A stretch of 64,000 nucleotides of DNA. Source: Octopus sinensis (Eukaryota). Below, piece after piece: positions 53,014 through 64,000 of this stretch; within the stretch, counting starts at the first letter, position 1; each line of letters begins with the position of its first letter. The notes under the pieces were generated by a model. The model did no database searches. It saw only the letters and a list, made by a program, of their open reading frames with translations, and had not been told where the DNA came from. The position numbers and the translations under genes were made by a program. The DNA lies in contig NC_043005.1 in the NCBI RefSeq assembly GCF_006345805.1, forward strand, positions 72,602,001 through 72,666,000, read 5' to 3'.

Positions 53014-53213
53014 ATATACACACACATACATATATATAGTTATATATATATATATATATATATATTAAATGGGCTTCTTTCAGTTTCTGTCAACTAAATC
53101 CACCCACAAGGCTTTGTCCAACACAAGGTTATAGTAGAAGTCACTTGGTGCCATGCAGTGGGACTGAACCCAAAATCATGGGGTTAGGAAGCAAGCTTCT
53201 TACCACACAGCCA
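52465..53213. mobile_element. family B SINE (+, 52465-52853) and oppositely oriented 5' half (-, 53068-53213) around a microsatellite
   Basis: Head motifs occur on both strands. Confidence 0.75.
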
Positions 53214-54475
53214 TATATATAATGTAGTTCTACATTTCCTGAAAAGATTGAAATGGTCATGAATAGAGTGCCTCTCAGAATTCTTTTCAATCAGGGACAA
53301 AACAAGTGCCCCACTTCATTCACAAATGCTTTTTTTTTTTTTTAGAAGTATGAAAAAAAAATTGATATCTTATCTGAAGCAGTAGTCATGAAATATTTCA
53401 AGTATTTCTATTTTGCAACAATTTTATCTGTGCAAACACATCTTCCTCAACATCATCCAATAGCAAAATGATTATATGATAACACATACGAATAATGAAA
53501 ACACGAAATATACTCATCTCCAGATAAAGATAAAACAATGCTTCTATTTGTCCATGTTAATAACTTTGCCTGTCTTCTCAAAAACCTAAATACAATAAGA
53601 AAGTTTTCTGAACAACTGATTCTTTTCAGAATGCACTGTTCTTTATTCTGTTGGATAATATTTATCAGCCATTTTCTTTCTGAATGATATCCCTAATATA
53701 GCAGTAGTAGACAGCTGCAAGTTGTGCTGAAACAACGTGACAGATTGTGTTGTACCAGTGTGAGAGAAAAAGATTTAAATCCTAACAGACAGTTATTTCT
53801 CTATGCTCTTCTGTCCATTATCATTTATGAAGAGATATTAGGAAAGTGCTGCAGGAGCATTTCAAAGATTCAATGACCTTTGCTTCAGGTTTCTAACCAA
53901 AGACTTCCACCTGCCATTAGGCATCTGAATGTAATGTTTTCTTCCTATTGTATTCTTACAGCAACACTTTTGACCAAATTAATAGGGTGCCAACCTATTA
54001 ATAGAAGCGTTGTCAGTTCATATCCTGTTCGCAGCACTGCAATGTGTTAGCAGTTAAGATACTTAACTCCTGCAAACACAATGCATCAGACTGTATGTAA
54101 ATAGACGTCATTTAATCTATAAGCTGTGGGAACATTGTATAGCAAATTCACAAGTGTTTCATTTACTTGCAATGCTAAGTTCAATTTCCTCTTTGGGAAA
54201 GTCATTTTCTAGAAGCCGGTGGAGTCAGGCAGTGATTGATCAGTACATCTTCTCATTTATGTCATCAGATAAATGAGTAACAACAAACATCATCATAGCT
54301 ATATGCGGTTAAGAAATTTACTTCACAGCTATATGGTTCCAGGTTCGATCTGCCCTGGGTTAGTGCCTTCTAATTTATCCTTGGGTACACCAATATCTTA
54401 AGTAGAACTTGGTTGGTGGAAAGAGCAGAAGGCTGTTATGTGTGTGTGTGGGGGGGGTGCATGTATTTACATATA

Positions 54476-54630
54476 TCATCATCATCATCATTCAGTGTCT
54501 ATTTTCCATGCTGGCATGGATTAGACAGCTTAACTGGAACTGATAAGCCAGAGAACTCTACCAGGCTCCAGTCCAATTTTGGTTTGTTTTCTACAGCTGG
54601 ATGCCCTTCCTAACACCAGCCACTCCAAGT
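54476..54630 (-). mobile_element. family C tail
   Basis: (ATC)n..TTTCCATGCTGGCATGG..TTCTACAGCTGGATGCCCTTCCTAAC. Confidence 0.8.
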
Positions 54631-54635
54631 GTGTA

Positions 54636-54738
<103 letters not shown>

Positions 54739-54916
54739 ATATTACAGAGATGTACTTGCATAGCAAGTGACTTGATCTGAGATCATGTGCTGAAACAAAA
54801 ACAATTACAGCATGGTGTTTATAAGCCATTTAAAAACACAAAAAAACCCCATTAGATTCACTTCAACATTTAAATTTAATTTGTCAAAATATTTTCGTCA
54901 CTTTGAAACCGTAACC

Positions 54917-54988
<72 letters not shown>

Positions 54989-55556
54989 CCATGACCTGTT
55001 ATATATATATATATATATAACCACTCCAAGAGCATATATATATATATCAAAGGTTGTTTGTTATGGCTGGTCAGAGAGTGGCCTTTGTTTGCACACCTAC
55101 AAAGCACTTAGCTGTATAGGCAACTCATCAGTCTCAAATCAATATACACATATGTATCTTTTACTCATGTCAGTCATTGAACTGCAGCCATGCTGGGGCA
55201 CTGCCTTGGAGGGTTTAGCTGAACAATCCAACCCCATTACTCATTTGCATGTCTCCTACATATTCTATTGATATCTTTCGCCAAACTGTTAAGTTTCAGG
55301 GAAGTAAACAAACAAATACTGGTTCTCTAGTGGTGGTGATGGTGGAGAGATGTAACGGGGGTGGGGAACAAACATAAATACATACGCATGACAGGCTACC
55401 ACTCAGTTTCCATCTACCAAATTCACTCATGGAGCATTATTCTGCTCAAGGCCATAGGAGAAAATGCTTGCCCAATGTACTGCACAGTGGGACTGAAACT
55501 GTGACTACAGGGTTGCAAAGTAAGCTTCTTAACCACACAGCCATGCCTGTGCCTAT

Positions 55557-55659
<103 letters not shown>

Positions 55660-55687
55660 GTGTGCGTGTATGTGTGTACTTGTATGA

Positions 55688-55937
55688 TACTCTTTTTACC
55701 CTTTTATTCTTTTACTTGCTTCAGTCATTTGACTGCGGCCGTGCTGGAGCACTACCTTTAGTCGAGCAAATTGACCCCAGGACTTATTCTTTGTAAGCCT
55801 AGTATTTATTCTATCGGCCACTTTTGCCAAACTGCTAAGTTACAGGGATGTAAACACACTATCATCAGTTGTCAAGCAATGTTGGGGGTACAAACACAAA
55901 CACATACACACATACACACACACACACTCACATATAT

Positions 55938-55969
<32 letters not shown>

Positions 55970-56150
55970 ATATATATATACACATATATATGACGGGCTT
56001 CTTTCAGTTTCTGTCTACCAAATCCACTCACAAGGCTTTGGTTGGCCTGAGGCTATAGTAGAAGACACTTGCCCAAGTTGCCATGCAGTGAGACTGAACC
56101 CGGAACCATGTGGTTGGTAAGCAGGCTACTTACCACACAGCCACTCCTGC
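55688..56150 (-). mobile_element. SINE family B (an older copy precedes it at about 55160-55555)
   Basis: Head and tail both present. Confidence 0.9.
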
Positions 56151-56727
56151 CGCTAATGATGTATATATTCAATATTCATGGCAGTCTAAAAAGCTATGTT
56201 GTTTATGATGTCAAGTCTCCCTTTATGTAAATTAATGCTTTGACATATAGAGATCAGTAAAATAACTATGGGACCGAAATAAGTTCTGAGTTCAACAGGT
56301 GAGACTGACCCCTTGATGGCTGCAGTCCAATGATTGAAACGAGTAACACAAGGAAAGAATCTGGTGAGCTCCTGTGTTAAAGATTATGTAAAGAAAATAG
56401 GTTCTAATATTACTTTTATATTCTTCTAATTTGTCATACTTTGAACTTTAGAAATTAAGTTTATTTTTTATTTTTTGTTGTATATTCCCCTCACATGCAC
56501 TCACACAAACATGCGTACGTGTGCGTGCACACACAGTGCTAATGTCTTATGAAGACATGAACTTGACATGGTCTCATTTTGTTTCCCTTTTAAATCTCAG
56601 GCCTTATTAGCATGTGTGTATGTATGTGTGGGTATGTGGGTGTAAGAGAGGTAGAGAGAGAGAAGCAGAGATAGATAGATAGATAGATGGATGGATGGAT
56701 ACATAGATACATACATACATACATACA

Positions 56728-56760
<33 letters not shown>

Positions 56761-56792
56761 GCATAAATGCATACATACATACATACAAAGGA

Positions 56793-56823
<31 letters not shown>

Positions 56824-57076
56824 GAAATCATAATTATGATAGATAATATCAAACTTTTACGTAAGATATGAAACAGTAAAATGGAAGTGAAATAAGGTTA
56901 TAAAAAGTAAAAAAAGCCATGATACAACAAATGGTATTTTCCTTGAGAGAATGCAAAGGAATTAAGGAAAAAGAAGTAAGAAAGAAAAAAATAAAACACG
57001 ATTTGAACTTGACAAGCATTAATAGCATGAGCAATTTTGATGAAGATAGAGAAATATATTTCATTAACAGCAATAA

Positions 57077-57123
<47 letters not shown>

Positions 57124-58304
57124 CGATGATGATGATGAAAAAAAGTACCTAATATGTGTTAACTCTAAAGCAGACAAACATCTTGGGTGTCAAAATTCTA
57201 GTATTTTTTTGGGGTTTTTTTTTTTTTACCTTTTACGTTTCCTCATCCTATTTATCTTCATGTGCTTGTCTCCTTCAGGCAACGTCTGCATTTTAAGATT
57301 GTTTATAATTTGAGTTCTCTGAAATTTACTTTCCTTCACGCCCACCCACCCCACCCCCACCTCCAATCTCCTTATTCACAATCCCCTCCACTTAATACTA
57401 TCTCAATTTGTAATTGCCTTCGAAACTGTTGCCATCCCCGTTTTTTTTTATATTTTTCTTCATCTGTATTCTCCTTTTATTCACGATAATAATACATACT
57501 TTTTTTTTTTTCATCGTCACTTCTCCTTTCCACATTTTTCCAGTTCTATTATTTCCTTCAACATCATCACTGCTATCATGTTACCATCTTCTTCGTTCTT
57601 CATCTATTATGGCAATTTTACTTTTGAATTTTCAATGTGCGGTGAAAGCCAAATCTATGATCTAGTTTCTAAACATATACACGGTTGGACAAGTTTCTCT
57701 TTATCTACATTGTTAATATGGAATTTAAGAAAAGCCATGAACGTTACAGCCTCTCTACTATTTTCCCTCCTCCTGAAATTGTAGGCAGGAAGCCTATAAA
57801 TTCAGCTTGGTTGAAATTTTGGAGAGAGATTGAGTTCACCAGACTGACTTCTTTGTCACAATCAATGAAGATGAAAACTTTCTATAGTGACCTGCTGATA
57901 GATATGTTACTTAATATTGATTTTAATTAACATAGGATGGAGTAGTGAGATGACAGAAGTGATTGAACACTAGATTAAATATCTTGTCATCTATATCTAT
58001 ATTTTCATCCATCTACATTCCATAATCAAATTTTACCAATATCAACTCAAATCAACTAGAGAAGCTGCACAATCAGTCAACCAGTTGGAAATAATAGCCA
58101 AATTCCAAAATAATATCGCTATAGTATCTACAAATTAGAAGGCCATACTGGATATTGTAATATGAGTGTATAAAAAAAAAGATGGGAAGGTCTTTGTTAG
58201 GAGAGCTTTTATTAAATTATATATTTGCTTAATCAAAGATATTTGCCCAATGTACAACACTGTAGAGCTAAGCAAATTCGTAGGTTTCCATGCATCCACG
58301 CATG

Positions 58305-58578
58305 TCCTCAGTCGAGAGATCCTAGTCTTGCAGGCCCGTGGGTACTGATGCCATGCAAAAGCACCCATGCCAGTGATGCATAAAAGGACTTGTGCCAATG
58401 CCTTGTGATGGCACCCAGAACACTCTGTAAAGTGATTGGCATTAGGGAGGGCATCCATTCATAGAAATCATGCCAAAATAGACAAATGGAGCTCAAACAG
58501 CGCTCCAGCTGGCCAACTCCCATCAAACCATCCAAACATGCCAGCATGGAGAACGGACATTAAAGATGATGATGATAA
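58305..58578 (+). mobile_element. family C tail, diverged
   Basis: GATTGGCATTAGGGAGGGCATCC..CATGCCAGCATGGAGAACGGACATTAAAGATGATGAT. Confidence 0.75.
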
Positions 58579-61086
58579 TATGGAGCTGTCTGTGTGTGTG
58601 TTCCCAATTCTTCCCACAAAGTATTAGTCAATCAAAGGCTATAGTCAAAATCCCTTGACCAAGGTCGCATGCTTTGAGAGATCAAACCTATAACCATGTG
58701 GCTGCAACAAACATGTGGCTCTAACAAACATGTGGCTGTGACAAGCAACTCATCTTTATTTTTGTCTATTTTAGGAGAAAGATCTTGAAAAATATTTAGT
58801 ATAGACTAAATCAAGGTTTATACCACTGAAAGGGAGACAATATCTATCCTTTTATAATTTTTATACAAAATCTGTAACAACAGTATTTAGATCTGTAAGA
58901 AATTCAATACTTTTCAATAGTGCTTATCATATTGTTGATGTTTAGGTTTCGGTCAATCCTGATGAGACAAACTTATGATCAAAGCCATACCAGCCATGAC
59001 TATCCAATCTTGTTTGCAGAAATTGCATAGATTGGACTACATTATCCAATGCATCTTCCTAATTTTACCTTAAGATGATAGAGTGGGGTATCAAGGAGAT
59101 TTTGCTGCACTTTCAAGCAGATCAAGCAACCTTGTAGGTGACTCCCACATTGACTCATGTATTTAATATGTATACAAGAATGTGATGGTGTGACAGAAAT
59201 GGCACAGTATCAAACTCTCATTCATTTCTATTCTTTCATGTTAAGAGTTTAGCTTCAATTTTGATCTTTACAAGGTCAATAATGAGAGTGTTAAACTGCA
59301 CAGTTCTTTTTTCATTAATGAAACTTATATTTCTCAACCCCATTTAAGAACTATCCATATTCACAGTTAGAATAAACTTTGCTGATGAGGTTTAATAAGG
59401 CACAAATATGTCTGGAGTTCTCACTACACTGCTGAAGATAAAACACATAAAAATTTCAAAGTTTTCTTTCCTACCTTCTTTAGACAAGTTATTTTTTTTT
59501 AGTAATATAGTTAATGATTGTTCTCATTAATAAGGTTGTAATTTTAATTAATTAAAATTTCTTGGCCAACTACCTCAAGTGTGCTAGTGTCTGCTTTACT
59601 GTTATGAGTATTAGTCATGTACTGTGATAGATTCAGTCAATTATATTCTGCCCCTAAAAATTTCTGGCTCACTGCCAATCTAAGATATCAATATTTAATA
59701 CGAATGTATGTAGTACAATATTCTGTTTCTTGATCGTTTACTTCGAATTCTTTAATGTATGCATTCGTTTCTTCCTAGCTACATTACTATTCAGACATAT
59801 TTCTGTATTTTCTTGTCGATGCCAAAACATCCATACATAAAGCAGCAAATGTATTCTTGGAAATTAATGTCGTCAATTAGTTTTGAAATAAATTCCTGTA
59901 AAATTCACTTTTCATTAATTATGCAAATAATTTAGTAGAAATCTCGCATTAAATTTTTTTTTTTTTCTCTCTCCTTTTTATCTCAGAATATGCCAGCTGC
60001 TGTTTCATAAATGCTTTTAAAAATATCAAGTTAAATTCTAGGAAGAAAATTAAAGAAAATTCTAAATAGAAAAATGTTAAAATCGTTTTCTGTCCTCTTA
60101 TAGCAATAATTACATTATTTCTGTCATTTTATTACTTTTATCATGAAGAAAATTTTAGGATATAAGCAGACTGTCTTACATGGTTCTTCATAGATTAGTA
60201 CAGCTACAAAGCAGTATCAATTCTTGGAGAAATACACATCAAAAATGCTCTGCTCCCCACAGAAACTGCAGGAACTAATCAGAAGTATAGTAAGCTTTCC
60301 TGGTGAATCCATCACAATAACAGAAATTCTGCTTTATCAACAGATGTCTCAAGGTTGAAAGCATACTGCCCCTTAGCCTGTATGCTTTACCCAAGGAAAG
60401 GTTCCACCTGCAGTCTCTTCTCCACCAGTCCCTTCTCCACCTTGAGCTGATTTTAGCTTCCGTACCAATCTCCATGGTACCTTTCTTTGGTTGCCTAAAT
60501 TCTTGATCAATCTTCTGCAGGAAATAGCATTCAATCTATCTGGAAAACCACCTGTATTTGAAATAGATGTAAATATCTGTGTCCCTTTAGAGGCCATTAA
60601 AGACTAGTGATCAGCACTGGGTTTTATTGTTGTTGCTATTGTTCGTCACCTGATCAGTCCTGATTAAACCAGCAATTCATCAAAGAAGGTCCAACCATAA
60701 CAAACCTGACATTTTTTAATATCATGGACTACCTTAGTTAATGGGTGATTTGGAGACAATTTTGTAGTTATTTCTAACAGGTCAATTGCATACACACATT
60801 GTATAAATTAGGTGGAACAAATTTGATTATGCTGAATGTAACTATATAGCCAGAAACACATGTCCTCTTATCTCTAAACAATAAACCTCTCCTTTTCCTT
60901 TATGGCACATCAGTTTTGGTAAATTCTTGACTTTTGAGATTGTCTCCCTTTCTCAAGTGGAGCGCTTAATTGCAATTTGGTAATTATAATACATCTTCTA
61001 GAGATAGAGATAATTTTAATAAATCAAGAATTTATGTTGCATGGTATTTCAAGTACCTGCATTTCTTTCTCCCTCTCTCTCTCCCA

Positions 61087-61144
<58 letters not shown>

Positions 61145-61191
61145 ATGCAGGCACACACATATGTGCTTATTTGTGTATATGTGTGTGTGTT

Positions 61192-61225
<34 letters not shown>

Positions 61226-61257
61226 ATATGAATGTATGTAGGTATGTATATATATAT

Positions 61258-61445
61258 AGTGCTGGTGGCATGTAAAAGCATCCATTACAGTCTCAGAGTG
61301 GTTGGCATTAAGAAGGGCATGCAGCTATAGAAACCCTGCCAAATCAGCCTGGACTCTGGTGCAGCCCCTCAACTTACCAGCCCTGGTCAAACCGTCCAAC
61401 CCATGCCAGCATGGACAATGGATATTAAATGATGATGATGATGAT
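61258..61445 (+). mobile_element. family C tail
   Basis: GAGTGGTTGGCATTAAGAAGGGCAT..CCAACCCATGCCAGCATGG..(GAT)n. Confidence 0.8.
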
Positions 61446-61460
61446 GCGTGTGTGTGTGTG

Positions 61461-61505
<45 letters not shown>

Positions 61506-61554
61506 ATATATAAATATATTCATATTTATATTAACTATATATATATATATATAG

Positions 61555-61646
61555 GTAGAAAGATAGATAAATACAGACAGACAAACAGACAGATAGATAC
61601 ATAGACAGACAGACAGACAGATAGGCAGACAGACAGACAGACAGAC

Positions 61647-61714
<68 letters not shown>

Positions 61715-61745
61715 TAGATTAGTCAGACATACAGACATACAGACA
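61555..61745. repeat. (GACA)n/(GATA)n microsatellite
   Basis: Seen directly. Confidence 0.95.
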
Positions 61746-62852
61746 CTAGTGAAAAAGAGCAAAATAACTAATGTTGAAGAAAATTACATATGATGTTGTT
61801 TGCATTTCCTTATCCTCTGGTTACGGCTCTTAATGTCCAGCTTAACTTTGCTTTTCTTCCTCGTAAAGCTGATAAATAAGTAACAGACAAGCCCAATAAA
61901 CCAAAAGCTTGTCAGGGCACTAATCTCTCATATTAATCTCTACCAAATTTATTACAGTATCTGGCAGATAATCAGCTTCTTGCTCTACCTACTTAAGGAG
62001 TTAAACTCTATAACAGAAGCAAGTAAATTGGTTCATCAATTCCACAGTTTATCTCAAGATGTAGGCTTTACTCTTCTTACTTAATGCTAAGGAGCTCAAG
62101 TTATTGCCACTTGAATATTACATTTGGCCACAGTAATCCTTCACATCATCTGTGACACAATCATCTGCCAACTCTTATTGTTCAATTTTATTACAGTTTG
62201 ACCCTCTGCAATTTATACATATTTATATTAAAGCATGTGGAGGCATATGGCCTATTGGTTAGGGCAGCGGACTTGCAGTCGAGGGATTGTGAGTTTGAAT
62301 CACAGACCAAGTGATGTGTGTGTTTATGTTTAAATGCAACCTGTTTGTAGGAATTAATAATATACCAAAATAAGTACTTCTCTGTATTTAGTGTAACCCT
62401 TTTTAGATTCTGAGTTGGCTCAGTTATTTTTATCTATCGAAGATTAATAATGTAAAATAAGTATTATACTTAATCTGTCACCCAGCTTAATGAGCCTCCA
62501 CTACCAGATTCAGGAGTGTCTTTATTAGAGTCTGTCTTGTTGCAAGCATTCAGAACAGGCCTCCAATTTGAGGGTAATGGTCTTGCTTCCTGCTACTAGT
62601 TGCAGACCATGAAAAATAGATGCCATTGGTGTGGCCCTTCCTTACCTAAATCATCTAATAATAGAAATGATAATAAATGTAGGTGCAGATGTGGCTGTGT
62701 GGTAAGAATCTTGTTTCTCAACCACATAGCTCCAAGTTCAGTCCTACTGTGTGGCACTTCAGGTAACTCCTTCTACATCAGCCTTAAGCTAACCAAAACC
62801 TTGTGAGTGGATTTGGTAGATGGAAAATTGAAAGAAGCCAGTCATGCATATA

Positions 62853-62995
62853 CAGTTGTGGTCAAAAGTTTAGAATATTTCCTTAAAAATTAAAATTGTT
62901 ATGCCCAATATATGTTCTGGCCAAACTTAACTTTAGGCATTTAATGTTAGAATTCTAATTATCAGACCTATGTTCCAAACTTTTGGCCATGACTG
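62853..62995. mobile_element. Tc1-like MITE
   Basis: TA-CAGTTGTGGTCAAAAGTTTAGAATA ... TGTTCCAAACTTTTGGCCATGACTG-TA. Confidence 0.85.
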
Positions 62996-63022
62996 TAATA
63001 TATAGATAGATATAGACTTATA

Positions 63023-63604
63023 CACAGACATGCAAGAAGTAAATAGACACCTTTACTTTTCAAAATCTTTTATTTGATATTAATTGGTTGAAGGATAGGT
63101 TTTCTTCTAGCTGCTCATCTATAATACCCAAGTTATGCAGATATGTAACACACATTCTTGGACTAACTTCTAGCTGTTTTACAATGTCAGAAGCCTTCAA
63201 ACAGGGTTCATTTTCCACAATTCTCTTCAAACAGTGAAGCTTCCTTTCCGAGGGCCCATGTCGGCTGGGATGAGAATCTGATCTGTTGATTCTTTTCCTT
63301 GGATTCTGAATTGCACTATGATTCTATTAACAGTAACAAGAGGAATTTGAAGATTTTCGGCAATTTTTCGCTGGCTAAGACCAGTCTCAGATTGCCCAAC
63401 AATATGATCTCTTTGAAAATCTGAGAGTTCTGCTGAATTTTTTGTGCATGTCATGGTTACTCTTCGCAAATGTTTAATATAATGGCACCTGGAATGAAAA
63501 AGTATAATTATATTGTAAATTCTACCCCGCTGAAAACATATTAAGATGCTTAGATTAGAAATTTTGAAAATTAAATGTGTCTATTTACTTCCTGCATGTC
63601 TGTG
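63023..63604 (-). mobile_element. internally deleted Tc1 transposon retaining both TIRs and the DNA-binding N-terminus of the transposase (pseudogene)
   Basis: 28-bp TIRs CACAGACATGCA(A/G)GAAGTAAATAGACAC with a TA TSD. ORF 63227-63469 has the [37 protein letters not shown] and continues out of frame to GYYR*AARRKP. No DDE domain. Confidence 0.9.
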
Positions 63605-63608
63605 TATG

Positions 63609-63640
<32 letters not shown>

Positions 63641-63761
63641 TATCATTATAGATATAGGGTAAAAAAATTATTAATTTATAATTAATAGATTTCACCAAGT
63701 AGTTTCAGAATGGAAAGGAAGCATATTCGGTAAAAACTTATACAAGAAGTTTTATATATAA

Positions 63762-64000
63762 CTAGCAATATCGCCCGGCGTTGCTCGGGTTTGTAAGGGA
63801 AATAACTATATAAGCATTTTTAGAGATGTAAAGTATAATAGCCATCTCAATATGGTTAACTACAAAGGTGGGGGTGTTAGTGTAGCTTTATACGTTCTGA
63901 GATTTAATAATGAATTTTTAGAGAGTTACTTCCCTTATATATGCCAAAAATGCATTAAAAATGGGAAAAATTAATGGTAAATTTTTTTTTAAATCGTAGA
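63762..64000 (-). mobile_element. Helitron-type element 3' end (runs off the window)
   Basis: Minus strand ends CCCGAGCAACGCCGGG-CGATATTG-CTAG|T, i.e. a hairpin plus a CTAG terminus. Confidence 0.7.

Noticed and set aside
53962-54092. Strong acceptor followed by a short ORF
   Set aside because: The downstream sequence looks like a decayed tRNA-SINE head.
58955-59400. Isolated CTGATGA heptamers near 58959 and 59382
   Set aside because: No properly spaced GAAA or closing stems, so these are not hammerheads.
60170-60600. GC-richer block with ORFs 60275-60475 and 60373-60597
   Set aside because: Possibly a decayed LINE endonuclease region (RLVRK..SAQGG), but there is no convincing motif set, so it is left unassigned.

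Overview
AT-rich, repeat-dense eukaryotic DNA with no intact long ORF. Almost every listed ORF is a translation of (AT)n/(GT)n/(TATG)n microsatellite or SINE sequence. The repeat families resemble those of octopus (coleoid cephalopod) genomes; this is an inference from recognition, not a search result. The window is probably part of a very large intron or an intergenic region. It holds at least three tRNA-derived SINE families (over 35 copies), RTE-like 3' tails, and CR1-type and R4/Dong-like LINE remnants. It also holds Tc1/mariner, hAT and piggyBac-like MITEs, Helitron and Helentron-type elements, and Penelope-like termini inserted in (TA)n tracts. The most notable observations are: a structurally complete type I hammerhead ribozyme at 2200-2272 within a cluster of hammerhead-bearing termini; a repeat family whose hammerhead core carries a shared A6U change; a SINE with a 76-bp target-site duplication; a candidate 96-nt stop-containing exon (33419-33514) encoding a GPI-signal-like C-terminus; and a pre-miRNA-sized hairpin at 38673-38763. 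The host gene, if there is one, cannot be named from this window. Repeat boundaries without TSD or TIR support are approximate.
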